Notes: generated by a model from the letters alone, not told the origin. 64,000 nt of DNA from an uncultured virus (IMG/VR IMGVR_UViG_3300028553_000021) (IMGVR_UViG_3300028553_000021), one strand, 5' to 3'. Shown: positions 54,358 to 64,000, numbered from the stretch's first letter. A program made the numbers and translations.

Positions 54358-56058
54358 GTGATGCTCCAGATAGAGAAGTATGGCCGGTTGTGGCCGGAGG
54401 GGGCGACCCAGCTTACTATTGAACTACTTGCTTTTCGGGAGGGCATTAACCCCGAGCAGGGGGGATTGGGCAAAGAGCAACACTTCTGGAACGTCGTGGA
54501 GATGCTTTGGCCGTATCACCCAAAGAAAAATCCTACTGGGTTCCAACGCAATCCGTGGGCGGATGATCAGATCGCCGAGCTCTGCAAGTGGAATTATCTC
54601 GGCATCTCTGGCCCCAAGTCCTCCGCAAAGACGGAGGTGGTTGGGTTGTGGGGATTAGTTAATTGGTACTGCGCTCCTTTTGACACGTTGGTCTTGGTGA
54701 CCACTACGTCGGTTCGCGAGGCCCGTAAGCGTATGTGGGGTCGAGTCCGTGAGCGTCACATGCAGGCCAAAGTCATGCCAGGCAAGCTAGTCGACTCGAT
54801 GGGCAAGCTAGTGTTAGAGGAGGGTAGTAGCGACCGCTCAAGCATTACTCTCGTCCCCTCGGCAAAAGACAAAGAGAAAGAAGCGTCGGAGAAGTTGCTC
54901 GGCCTGAAGAACAAGAGAGTGTTTCTCCTGATTGACGAGGCCACGGACGTATCGCCCGCTATTTTTGAAGCGACCGCCAATCTTTCCGCCAATCCGTTTT
55001 TTCAATGTGTCGCCTGCGGTAACTTTAATTCTGCCTATGACCCGTTTGGCCAGTTCGTTACCCCCACGGCAGGCTGGCAGTCTATCACCGTAGACGAGGG
55101 AGGGTGGGAGACTAAAGACGGTTTCTGTCTGCATTTAGACGGAGAGAAAACTCCCAACCTAGAGCATGACGACAAGTGGCCTTTCTTGCTGACGGGTAAA
55201 AAACTAGACGAGGACCGGAAGCGTCTTGGGGAGAACTCTCTGTCTTATTGGAGGTTTATTCGCTCCTTCCCTGCTCCGGCAGGCTCGGAGGAGAACATAT
55301 ACAGCGAGGCGGATTTGCGTAAGTTCGAGGCGCACAAGACCGCTATGTGGGTGGGAGCTAAACAGCCCATTCCCGTGGCCGGTTTTGATCCTGGCTTCAC
55401 CAACGGAGGGGATAGGTCGGTCTTGTTTCTCGGGAAGTACGGAGAGACAGATGCGGGTATGACAGTATTTTTTGACAAGTACGTCGAGCTTCGAGAGAAC
55501 TCGTCTATTCGAGATAACCCCCGTAACTTTCAGATTGCTCAAGCATTGAAGTCCGAGTGCGAGAAGTATGGGGTGTTACCTAGATATCTGGCGGTCGACG
55601 CCACCGGAGCCGGAGATCCCCTTTGCGATATTATTGCCACGATTTGGAGCCCCTCTATTTTGAGGGTTAAGTTTTCTGAAAGGCCCAGCGGTATGGCCGT
55701 CAGCCGGTCGTCCCATATAAAGGCGGAGGAGTCTTACGGGAACCGAGTTTCCGAGCTTTGGTATGTCGGTAGAGAGTTCTTGAGGGCTAACCAAGTTCGG
55801 GGGGTTACCGTTGATTTGGCTAGGGAGTTGGTTGGGAGGCAGTACAGGACTGCCGAGCGGGGTAAGATATACATAGAAGCCAAGAGGGATATGAAGGCTA
55901 GGTTCGGGAGATCCCCCGACATAGCTGACGCAGCCTTCCTTATGCTAGATGTATGCCGTCAAAGGGCTAACGCTATAGCTGGGACTACTGTGGCTGGGGG
56001 TGGCAAATACCGAGACTTCTTAGACTTTACCAAAAAAGTTGATGCCTTATATTCTTGA
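54358..56058 (+). CDS. terL: Terminase large subunit
   Basis: Walker A-like 'GPKSSAKT', Walker B 'LLIDEA', nuclease 'GFDPG..GGD', 'SPDIADA'. Confidence 0.9.
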   Translation: MMLQIEKYGRLWPEGATQLTIELLAFREGINPEQGGLGKEQHFWNVVEMLWPYHPKKNPTGFQRNPWADDQIAELCKWNYLGISGPKSSAKTEVVGLWGLVNWYCAPFDTLVLVTTTSVREARKRMWGRVRERHMQAKVMPGKLVDSMGKLVLEEGSSDRSSITLVPSAKDKEKEASEKLLGLKNKRVFLLIDEATDVSPAIFEATANLSANPFFQCVACGNFNSAYDPFGQFVTPTAGWQSITVDEGGWETKDGFCLHLDGEKTPNLEHDDKWPFLLTGKKLDEDRKRLGENSLSYWRFIRSFPAPAGSEENIYSEADLRKFEAHKTAMWVGAKQPIPVAGFDPGFTNGGDRSVLFLGKYGETDAGMTVFFDKYVELRENSSIRDNPRNFQIAQALKSECEKYGVLPRYLAVDATGAGDPLCDIIATIWSPSILRVKFSERPSGMAVSRSSHIKAEESYGNRVSELWYVGREFLRANQVRGVTVDLARELVGRQYRTAERGKIYIEAKRDMKARFGRSPDIADAAFLMLDVCRQRANAIAGTTVAGGGKYRDFLDFTKKVDALYS

Positions 56059-56083
56059 CCCAAGCCAAGTAATTGAGTACGTA
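56055..56083 (+). promoter_or_regulatory. Promoter-like TTGACC-N17-TACGTA
   Basis: Between terL and the portal gene. Confidence 0.45.
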
Positions 56084-56093
56084 GGAGTTTAAC

Positions 56094-58385
56094 GTGGATC
56101 AGAACCTAGAGACAATCTCCCCAGAGGGTCGGCCACCCAAATCGAGGCTTAAAGATGCTAAATCTGCTTTTGCGATCTATACGAACCTTTTGGACGCAGA
56201 TACTGATAGCGCTTCGCAACGGGTGCGCGTCCAAGCAATGCTCGATGGTGAGCCACCGTACAATCCGACCACTCTGCGGAATCTCGGCCAGTCTTATCGT
56301 TCGAATCTAAATTTCTTAGAAGCTTCGGCGGATTTGGAATATGCCCTTTCGGCTTATTCTGATTTGGTTAACGGCGTCCCGATGTTGGCCCAAGTAAAGA
56401 CCAAGTTTGGCGACGCAACCCAGCGGGGGAATTACAACCAGATTATTTCCGAAGAGTTCGACCGCGTTCTACGCAAAGACTGGGATGAGTTCTTTTACAA
56501 CCAGCAACGACTAGCCCACGAGTTTGTTGCTTATGGCGTTGGCTTTGCTTTCTTCGACGACGATACCGATTGGCGCTGGAAGGTTGCTGGGCTCCGTGAT
56601 TTTTATGTCCCGAGAGGCATACCCGCTACCGATAGTCGTATCGAATTTTGTTGCGCTCGCAGATCTTATTATGCCCACGAGTTGTACCAATATATTAAAG
56701 ACCCGAAGGCGGCCAAGGCAGTTGGGTGGGATGTAGAGGAAGCCCGTAGGGCGATTATCAACGCAGTCCCTGCCGACGTGGCTGGCACGAAACTCGAATG
56801 GGAAGAGATTCAAGTAATGCTGAAAGACAACGATCTTTCTCTTTCTTTTGCTCGTTCTGCCGAGATTCAGACCATTCACTATTATATCTTGGAGTTCGAT
56901 GGGCGGGTGACTCATGCGATCGGTCTTCGTGACGGCTCCAATCAAAATTTCCTTTTCCGCAAAGACAACCGTTTCGCAAACATTAACGAAGCTTTGGTGA
57001 TGTTCACCTACGGTATCGGCACTAACGGTACCCTTCATTCTGTCCGAGGTCTCGCCTACAAGATTTACCCCCACATCCAAGTTAACAACCGTCTACGGAA
57101 TGCCATTATCGATTCGACCTTGCTTTCGACTTCTGTGATGATCCAACCACAAACGATGGACGACTTGCAGAATCTGACCATTGCTTACAACGGACCGATG
57201 GCGATTCTCCCTCCGAATCTAAATATTGTTGAGCGGACTTCTCCAAATCTCGCAAATAACGCTTTACCGATCGCCCAAGAGCTTTCGACAATTCGCAGGA
57301 ACAACACGGGGAGTTACGCCTCACAAGTTGTGAGCTCCGCCTCGCAAGAGCGTACCGCTACCGAAGTAAGTGCCCAGCTCGAGAAAGAAGCAGTACTTTC
57401 TACGCAAGCACAGAATTTCTATTATGTTCCGTGGGGTAAGCTCCTTAAAGAACAATTTCGCCGGCTCGCTAAAGGTAATTGGAAGGACAGTCAGCCGGGA
57501 GGCGCTATCGCTATTGAGTTCCTTAAACGCCTCCGCGAACGCGGAGTTCCAATGCAAGCCCTTAAGGAGGTGTATGATGTAGCGCCCTTAAAAGCTGTCG
57601 GGTATGGGAGCGCTCAAGCTCGACTGCTGGCGTACAACGAATTTATGCAGATGTTGCCAATGCTCGACGAGACAGGTCGCGCGAATGTTATTCGCGATCG
57701 TATCGCTGTCCGTGTCGGATACGATCAGGTCGATCGTTATGCCTCTCCGAGTGCTGTGCCTCCGAGGTTACCGGTGGACGCGAAGATTGCTGAACTTGAG
57801 AATGACTCTATGCAGAGCGGGAGAAGCGTCACCGTCCAGCCCGGAGAGAACCACGCAGTCCATTTACAAATCCACGCTATGGATTCTGTTCGATTCCTAC
57901 AAGCTCTCGACCAGAACGCAGTCCCGCCTGTTGAGGCATTCAAGTATCTCTCCCTTTCCGGACCCCATATGGCTTCTCATCTCCAACAGATTTCTTCCGA
58001 TGTCAGTCGTCAGGCTGTTATCGGCCAATACAAAGATATCATCAATAAAATTACTCAAGCCGTTCAAAGACTTGGGGAAAGTCTCGCTCGTGAACAACGG
58101 CAACAGCAGGAAGCTATGGCGAAGATGCAACAGAAACAATTGCAAGACGCTATGCAGATGCAGGTTGATGATGCTAAGGGTAAGTTGCAGGCTGAGTACG
58201 CTGTTAAGATTGCTAAGGTGCAGGCAGATGCCCAGATCGACAAAGCAGCCTCAGACGCCAAGATTGCGATCAAGAGTGAAGAGGCTCGCCAACGTATGGC
58301 GCTACGAGATGCTCAAACAGCTCAGCGTCTACGGGCCCAATCCGAAAAGAATCGTTTATCGGTCGAAAAGAAAAGACTTGCTTAA
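56094..58385 (+). CDS. Portal protein
   Basis: Follows terL; 'ERTATEV' podoviral portal motif; Q-rich C-terminal coiled coil. Confidence 0.85.
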   Translation: MDQNLETISPEGRPPKSRLKDAKSAFAIYTNLLDADTDSASQRVRVQAMLDGEPPYNPTTLRNLGQSYRSNLNFLEASADLEYALSAYSDLVNGVPMLAQVKTKFGDATQRGNYNQIISEEFDRVLRKDWDEFFYNQQRLAHEFVAYGVGFAFFDDDTDWRWKVAGLRDFYVPRGIPATDSRIEFCCARRSYYAHELYQYIKDPKAAKAVGWDVEEARRAIINAVPADVAGTKLEWEEIQVMLKDNDLSLSFARSAEIQTIHYYILEFDGRVTHAIGLRDGSNQNFLFRKDNRFANINEALVMFTYGIGTNGTLHSVRGLAYKIYPHIQVNNRLRNAIIDSTLLSTSVMIQPQTMDDLQNLTIAYNGPMAILPPNLNIVERTSPNLANNALPIAQELSTIRRNNTGSYASQVVSSASQERTATEVSAQLEKEAVLSTQAQNFYYVPWGKLLKEQFRRLAKGNWKDSQPGGAIAIEFLKRLRERGVPMQALKEVYDVAPLKAVGYGSAQARLLAYNEFMQMLPMLDETGRANVIRDRIAVRVGYDQVDRYASPSAVPPRLPVDAKIAELENDSMQSGRSVTVQPGENHAVHLQIHAMDSVRFLQALDQNAVPPVEAFKYLSLSGPHMASHLQQISSDVSRQAVIGQYKDIINKITQAVQRLGESLAREQRQQQEAMAKMQQKQLQDAMQMQVDDAKGKLQAEYAVKIAKVQADAQIDKAASDAKIAIKSEEARQRMALRDAQTAQRLRAQSEKNRLSVEKKRLA

Positions 58386-58412
58386 TTTTCGGATTCTGCG
58401 ACAAACATAAGA

Positions 58413-58700
58413 ATGACTTTCCAAGAGTGGAGCAAGCGCGACGACTACGTAAAGCTTTGGGAAAAGACTTGGCAAGAGCCACACATGCGGGCTGGTCTTA
58501 CTGCTCTGATTCATCTTGGTATCCCTCAAGTTAGTATTTTGACTCCGGCGACAACTAACGGCGAGAGCATCAACATTAGAGCCCTCGCGCACTCTAGAAC
58601 CGAGGGTTGGTTTGCCGCTATAAAAGCAATCGAACTTCTCAAGACACCCACCAACGAGCAACAAGAGTTGCCAGGTCCTTGGGAGGATGCAACCAGATAA
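58413..58700 (+). CDS. Hypothetical protein between portal and scaffold
   Basis: Synteny. Confidence 0.65.
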   Translation: MTFQEWSKRDDYVKLWEKTWQEPHMRAGLTALIHLGIPQVSILTPATTNGESINIRALAHSRTEGWFAAIKAIELLKTPTNEQQELPGPWEDATR

Positions 58701-58717
58701 AATAAGAAAACAAATAT

Positions 58718-59995
58718 ATGGCAACAAATTCTGATATTGGATCTCTCGGAGAAGCGCTGAATTCCGCCCTCGGGAACACAGAAGCTCCTTTGGCTTCCGC
58801 TACTCCACTTTCCCAGAACCCTGTGATTGAGCCGTCCACTACTCCTGCTACGGCTCCAGTCACCGAAACTAACACCGCTGTTACAGCTCCAGCAGAAGCT
58901 GTCAAAGAGACCGAGACTAAACCTGCTGAAGTAGATCTGGCTAAAACTCCCGAGATCAAAACCCCCTCTAAACTTATCGATTCATTGTTGACTCCCGAGG
59001 CTGAAAAGACAAAGACTGTTGCCAAGGCTGAAGGCGAACTTACTGAAGAAGAAAAACTTCCAGGAAAGGCGACTAACTCTGCTAACTCTGCTTTTGCTGC
59101 CAAAGCTAGGGCGTTGAAAGCTGCTGAACAGGAGTTGGCTACCCTAAAGCAAGAACTTGAAAAGTCTCGCAACGCTGGTAATGCAGAAGCTTCGTCAGAA
59201 GTTCAGAGCATCAAATCTGAACTCGAAGAGGCTCGTAAGTTAGTTTCTGATTACGAGAGCCAACTTTCTTTGGTCAGGGTTGAATCCACTCGCGAATACA
59301 AACGTACTATCAGCGAGCCGTTGGCTAAAGCCGAGAAAGGCTTGGCTGATTCCATAGCTGGTTACGAAGGGCTTAACGTGAAAGATGTCCTCAAAGTATT
59401 GGACATTAAAGACCCAGCCCAACGCAGAGCAGAGTTTAAGGATGTGATGAATGGCGTAGACGCGATGGATGCGTGGGCTGTTAAGACAAAGTTGGATGAG
59501 ATCGAGCAACTTCGTTCTCGTAAGGAGGATATGCTTAAGTCCGCCAACGATACACTAGCCCAAATCGAAAGGCAGGAAACGGCCGCTGAACAGGAAGCTA
59601 GGCTTACTTTTGACAAGCAAGCCGACGTTGCCTTCGAAAACACTTGGGGCCAGTTCGAAGACTCTTTTCCAATTCTCAAACGAGGACAGACGCCCGAGTG
59701 GGATAACACGATCAAAGCTCTTCGTGAGCAGGCGGTTTATCTGGACAAGCAACCGCTCGATCACCAGCAACGTGCCACCCTCACGTATCAAGCCGTTTTG
59801 TTCCCTCTTGCTGTTCAGGTTGTTCGTGATCTGACAGAGAAGAGCAATGCGACTATTGCTGACCTTAAGGCTCAGTTACAGAAGTTGCAGGTAGCAACTC
59901 CTGGAGCTGGAGCTGGGGTTAATAATACTCCGTCCGCCGGATTGCCTTCTAACGTCGGATTCCTAGAAGCTCTCGAAAAATCGATGGGTCGCTAA
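58718..59995 (+). CDS. Capsid scaffolding protein-like
   Basis: Disordered acidic N-terminus plus long coiled coils; between portal and capsid genes. Confidence 0.65.
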   Translation: MATNSDIGSLGEALNSALGNTEAPLASATPLSQNPVIEPSTTPATAPVTETNTAVTAPAEAVKETETKPAEVDLAKTPEIKTPSKLIDSLLTPEAEKTKTVAKAEGELTEEEKLPGKATNSANSAFAAKARALKAAEQELATLKQELEKSRNAGNAEASSEVQSIKSELEEARKLVSDYESQLSLVRVESTREYKRTISEPLAKAEKGLADSIAGYEGLNVKDVLKVLDIKDPAQRRAEFKDVMNGVDAMDAWAVKTKLDEIEQLRSRKEDMLKSANDTLAQIERQETAAEQEARLTFDKQADVAFENTWGQFEDSFPILKRGQTPEWDNTIKALREQAVYLDKQPLDHQQRATLTYQAVLFPLAVQVVRDLTEKSNATIADLKAQLQKLQVATPGAGAGVNNTPSAGLPSNVGFLEALEKSMGR

Positions 59996-60753
59996 TGCTA
60001 GTCGTACTGCCAGTCGGTCCTCAGGATCGGGAGCAGGCGATTCGCTGGGTTGATTGGGTTGAAGAACTCGGGGGAATCGGTAGTCATCGATTGATGGTTG
60101 CCTGTGCTCGTAGAGTGCCGAACCCAACTGAGATCAGTCGGCATTACGAACTGTATGTCCCTCACGACGAGGACGAGCGTGGCTGGCCTATGAGCCCTAA
60201 CCATTTGTTCAAGCGTGTAACTCAGCATATTACTTGGGGCCCGAATCCAGAGGCTTACTTTTGGTGCGAGCCAGACTGCATTCCCCTTATTTCTGGTTGG
60301 CACGATCTTCTCGATTCCGAGTACCGTGCCTGCGGTCAGTATTTTATGGGGGCTCAAGTTAAAGTGGAAGGTACTCCTGAGCATATGAGTGGGAATGCTA
60401 TCTACCCCAAGAACGTAATGGAACGTGCTTTCAACTTAGTTCACGCTGATCTTGCAGCGTTTGACGTTGTCGGTGCTGAGCAGATTATTGGGCAAGCCTA
60501 TTGGACTAAATCGATTCAGCATGTTTGGCGTAAGGACGAGGGTCGTAACTTTACCTTCCCGGATCAGGCCAGCGTCGATGCTATGGTCAGTAAGGAAGCC
60601 GTTATGTTCCATCAAAATAAAGACGGGACTCTAATCGAAAGGCTTCGTGAGCGTCGGTCTCCGAAGAAAGTAGAGGTGCCCAAAACTCCCGAAGTAAAAC
60701 CGAAAAAGCGTCGGATGCGTAGGAAAACTGGAAGTGAAGATCCTACCAAATAA
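59995..60753 (+). CDS. Glycosyltransferase-like protein (GT-A fold)
   Basis: 'YFWCEPDCIP..W', 'HMSGNAIY' resemble GT-A DxD-like motifs. Confidence 0.5.
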   Translation: MLVVLPVGPQDREQAIRWVDWVEELGGIGSHRLMVACARRVPNPTEISRHYELYVPHDEDERGWPMSPNHLFKRVTQHITWGPNPEAYFWCEPDCIPLISGWHDLLDSEYRACGQYFMGAQVKVEGTPEHMSGNAIYPKNVMERAFNLVHADLAAFDVVGAEQIIGQAYWTKSIQHVWRKDEGRNFTFPDQASVDAMVSKEAVMFHQNKDGTLIERLRERRSPKKVEVPKTPEVKPKKRRMRRKTGSEDPTK

Positions 60754-61387
60754 CATTGCTGTACTAGAAAACGATTCGCATATCTCCCGCTGGGTCGAAG
60801 AGACCGGGAAGTTAGATCACGATGAGTATTCTCTCCCGATTATTCTAAAGCATATCAAGGATGGCGATTACGTTGTCGACGCCGGGGCTTTCATTGGTGA
60901 CCACACCGTAGCCTATGTTAGGGCTGTCGGGTCTACCGGAAGAGTCTATGCCTTTGAGCCAAACATATCAGCGTACGAATGTTTAGTTTATAATTGTCCA
61001 TCCGCCATAACTGTTAAGGCTGGGCTTAGTGATAAACCCAGTAGCCAGTTCTTCTCTGTAGCGGATAACGCTGGGTCGAGTCGTATAACTGATTCTGGTG
61101 ACAGAGTTGTTTTTGTTGTGACCTTGGATTCTTACGATTTACCTAGGCTAGATTTCTTTAAATTGGATGTAGAGGGATTTGAGGTATCAGCTTTGAAGGG
61201 GGCCAAGAAAACTATAAATAAGCACCGCCCAGTCATGTGGATCGAGGTTAACGAACATGCCTTACAACAACGTGGAGAATCCCCTATCTCATTAATCACT
61301 TATCTCAGGTCTGAACTCGGGTACGGATTGGAATCGTTCCCTCCTGAGGAAGGACCCCAATACGATCTTTTATGCAAGCCTCTGTAG
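60734..61387 (+). CDS. FkbM-family methyltransferase
   Basis: 'VDAGAFIG', 'AFEP', 'KLDVEGFE..LKGA'. Confidence 0.9.
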   Translation: MKILPNNIAVLENDSHISRWVEETGKLDHDEYSLPIILKHIKDGDYVVDAGAFIGDHTVAYVRAVGSTGRVYAFEPNISAYECLVYNCPSAITVKAGLSDKPSSQFFSVADNAGSSRITDSGDRVVFVVTLDSYDLPRLDFFKLDVEGFEVSALKGAKKTINKHRPVMWIEVNEHALQQRGESPISLITYLRSELGYGLESFPPEEGPQYDLLCKPL

Positions 61388-62067
61388 ACCTATTCATACG
61401 TAGCTATAAGAAAGACTTCGAGTGGCTTTCTTATTGCCTGAAGTCCTGTGCCAAGTCAGCCAAAGGTTTTCGTCAGATTCATATTGTTGTACCGCATGGT
61501 GACCAGCACGAGTTGAACCACCTGACTTTGGAGAAAGTACATATCTGCCCTAGGTACGCAGAGGATTACTTAGGCCAGCAGGTAACCAAGCTAAACGCTG
61601 ATTTGTACTCTGACGCCGATTTCATCTGTCACATTGATTCGGATACTGTTTGGTTGCACGACGTGTCCCCCAAGGATTTCATCCACAAAGGCAAAGCGAT
61701 TGTATACTATGAGCCTTACGACAAAATCGGGGAATGCCCTTGGCAACCAATCGTACAGGAAGCAATAGGTTGGAAACCAGAGTTTGAGTTCATGCGTAGG
61801 CCACCGCATACGTTCCCTAGGTGGCTGTACAAAGAGATGAGGAATTTCCTTCAGGCTACCCATAAAGTGCCTTTTGACACTTTCGTTGCTACTCGCCCAG
61901 AGCGTAGGTTTAGCGAATATAATACCCTAGGAGCATATGCTTGGAAACACCACAGAGATAAGTTTGAATGGAGAGATCCTAAACAGGATAAAGACACAGT
62001 TAGACAGTTTTGGTCTTGGGGTGGGATCGATGCCCACCGAGAAGAACTTTCCAATCTTTTAGGCTAG
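61372..62067 (+). CDS. Glycosyltransferase-like protein (DUF6492-like)
   Basis: 'YLGQQVTKL', 'HIDSD', 'FSEYNTLG'. Confidence 0.65.
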   Translation: MQASVDLFIRSYKKDFEWLSYCLKSCAKSAKGFRQIHIVVPHGDQHELNHLTLEKVHICPRYAEDYLGQQVTKLNADLYSDADFICHIDSDTVWLHDVSPKDFIHKGKAIVYYEPYDKIGECPWQPIVQEAIGWKPEFEFMRRPPHTFPRWLYKEMRNFLQATHKVPFDTFVATRPERRFSEYNTLGAYAWKHHRDKFEWRDPKQDKDTVRQFWSWGGIDAHREELSNLLG

Positions 62068-62071
62068 GGTC

Positions 62072-62317
62072 TTGACACCCCGCATCAACTAGTTACATCG
62101 TATCTCAGTTCTTTGGCAGAGGTGTCGATGCGATAGGGCTAACTCGCCTGCGCCCTACAGGCTACGCTTAAATGACACCGACGCGGTATCCGACGGCTAA
62201 CGGGTATCCAACTAACCTCTAGGGCTTGCCGGCTCTTAAAATAAGAAACGACAAAGAGACACGCTCATCGTGTGATGAGAAGTCTTCAGTCATTACTTTA
62301 ACAAAGGAGATACTAAT
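62072..62317 (+). promoter_or_regulatory. Promoter (TTGACA) plus long structured 5' leader of the capsid gene
   Basis: TTGACA at 62072; boxA-like TCAGTTCTTTGG; nested stems; AAGGAG RBS. Confidence 0.55.
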
Positions 62318-63541
62318 ATGCCTTGTACGAATATTGAGAATCTTCTGATTACTGAGTCCGGCCGTATCGGTGCGGATATCTATCGGAAGACTTTGAACAC
62401 GTCCCCGTGGACGACTCTGGTTAAGCAAGAAGCTTGGCCGGATGAGATGGGCACAACTGTTAACGTTCTGATCTATGAGCGGACCCTGCCGGCTTCCGGC
62501 GCTGGGATTACGTTCTCTGACGTAGCGTATAACGGTGTCGGCACCCAAGTCATCGGCGCTACCCCGACTGGTTCTAACACCGGACCCGGAACCTGCGCTG
62601 TTGCCGGTAACGACCTCGGCTTCGCCCAGACCCTCCGTACCTATAACCTCCAACAGGCTGCAATCAACTCCCCTGATATCTGCTTGAACGACCTTCGCTT
62701 CCCCGTGAAGCGGCAGGAACAGCTCCGCAACATCATGGCAGTTCTGACTGAGAACACGCAGTATGCTTGGGAAAACCGTTACCGCGACGAATACGTTCGT
62801 CTCGCTAACTACAACGTAAACGCTAACCAAGGTGAACTTTTGGCGGCTTCTGGCCAGACCAAGGGTTCCTTCAGCACCTCCGCTCTCCCGACGAGCCGAT
62901 TGACTCAGGGCATCCTGCGTTACTTCTACTCTCGGTTGATCCGTGACGGCGCTGCTCAGAATGCATACGGCAAAGAAAACGGTGCTCCCGTGTTCTTGCT
63001 CGTCACCTCCCCCGAGGCTTCTGACGACCTGATCAAGCTCAACGCGGACATCCGTCAGGATCTCCGTTATGCGAAACCCAGCGAACTAATCCAGCCCCTC
63101 GGCGTAGAACGTAGCTATGCTGGTTTCTACCATTTGGTAGACACCATGACTCCTCGCTACGACTTCGTTGGTGGCGCTTGGGTTCGTCGCTATCCGTATG
63201 CCACAGATGCTAACGCATCGAAGGGCACTCGGTTCATCCCGAATCCCGCGTACTTCACGGCGGAATACGAAGATTCTATTATCTTCCATCCCGACGTGTT
63301 CACCTCGCTGGTCGCGAAGCCCATCAGCTCCACCGGAGCTATGGCATTCGACCCGCAGAGCTACCGCGGTGACTTCCGCTGGCGGAATATCCCCAGCCGG
63401 GATTGTAACCCTGACGGCACGATCGGATTCTTCCGGGCTATCTTTAGCTCCGGTTCGAAACCCGTTCGTCCCGAGCTCGGTGTGGTTATCCGCCACAAGC
63501 GCTGCGCGGCCGACTTCGGCCTCGTTGGTTGCTACTCGTAA
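62318..63541 (+). CDS. Major capsid protein
   Basis: About 400 aa, strong RBS, biased codons, followed by a terminator; position after portal and scaffold. Confidence 0.75.
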   Translation: MPCTNIENLLITESGRIGADIYRKTLNTSPWTTLVKQEAWPDEMGTTVNVLIYERTLPASGAGITFSDVAYNGVGTQVIGATPTGSNTGPGTCAVAGNDLGFAQTLRTYNLQQAAINSPDICLNDLRFPVKRQEQLRNIMAVLTENTQYAWENRYRDEYVRLANYNVNANQGELLAASGQTKGSFSTSALPTSRLTQGILRYFYSRLIRDGAAQNAYGKENGAPVFLLVTSPEASDDLIKLNADIRQDLRYAKPSELIQPLGVERSYAGFYHLVDTMTPRYDFVGGAWVRRYPYATDANASKGTRFIPNPAYFTAEYEDSIIFHPDVFTSLVAKPISSTGAMAFDPQSYRGDFRWRNIPSRDCNPDGTIGFFRAIFSSGSKPVRPELGVVIRHKRCAADFGLVGCYS

Positions 63542-63557
63542 TCTGAGTAACTGAATT

Positions 63558-63599
63558 GAAGGGGGGCGTAGGTCACATCCCTGCGCCTCCCTTCTTTTT
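63558..63599 (+). terminator. Rho-independent terminator
   Basis: GAAGGGGGGCGTAGG...CCTGCGCCTCCCTTC followed by TTTTT. Confidence 0.8.
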
Positions 63600-63605
63600 A
63601 TAAAC

Positions 63606-63944
63606 ATGAATTGCGGATGTCCCGAGTGTGCAGCGAAAAAAGGTCGTGGCCCCGCCGTGATCGTTATTGCTGTCACTCCTAAAAGAGGAGATAAAAATAT
63701 GAAGATTGCTACGTTTGCAGTCCCGAAGGGTTTCACTCCGCCCGAAGGCGTCGTCGAGGGAGACACGTTCGAAGCTATGGCCACGTTTAAACACGGTGGC
63801 AAGTCTTTGGACTTGGTTTCTATCGAAGGAGCCGAAGCGGAAATGCCTGAGATGGAAATGGAAGAAACCAGCAAAGCTCCCGCTGAAGCTGGATTTGCCG
63901 AAGCCATCGAGATGGCCGCAGCCCCAGAAGGAAAGATGGCGTAA
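63606..63944 (+). CDS. Acidic hypothetical protein (start may be 63699)
   Basis: GAGGAG RBS precedes ATG 63699. Confidence 0.6.
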   Translation: MNCGCPECAAKKGRGPAVIVIAVTPKRGDKNMKIATFAVPKGFTPPEGVVEGDTFEAMATFKHGGKSLDLVSIEGAEAEMPEMEMEETSKAPAEAGFAEAIEMAAAPEGKMA

Positions 63945-64000
63945 GTGAAGCGTGAGGTTAAGGGCGAAGGCTGGAAAGAATTTGTCTGCGCGATTGTTGA

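Noticed and set aside
57604..58410. 268-aa alternative-frame ORF inside the portal gene
   Set aside because: No RBS or motif, atypical composition; likely a by-product of codon bias
63086..63907. 273-aa antisense ORF over the capsid gene
   Set aside because: Antisense shadow of strongly biased genes; it crosses a terminator

Overview
The window is most of a tailed dsDNA phage genome (Caudoviricetes) with podovirus-like architecture. It is read starting inside the virion-gene block and ending just after the major capsid gene. + strand 1-28.2 kb: partial sulfotransferase, 14-aa-repeat tail fibre, lysis cassette, free-standing nuclease, nozzle/adaptor/fibre genes, three ejection-type proteins (the largest 2903 aa), then a cluster of small basic proteins and a lysozyme. 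- strand 28.2-40.7 kb: small early genes, two tandem cytosine-MTase-like genes, GP88-like gene and rIIA/rIIB, plus an isolated + strand TerS-like gene. 40.7-42.5 kb is non-coding and highly structured: GNRA-rich RNA candidate, symmetric origin-like element with IHF-consensus sites, and a palindrome array. - strand 42.5-54.3 kb: replication genes (primase-helicase, PolA, Cas4-like nuclease, SF2 helicase, RuvC-like resolvase). + strand 54.4-64 kb: TerL, portal, scaffold, three glycan-modifying genes and major capsid protein. The most striking observation is a sigma-70-like domain (regions 2 and 4) inside the giant virion protein, bracketed by a repeated LASSIDP motif and preceded by a zincin-like domain. 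This suggests a packaged, proteolytically released sigma factor. All product calls come from motifs and synteny recognised by eye; no searches were run. No integrase, tRNA, rRNA or CRISPR array was recognised.
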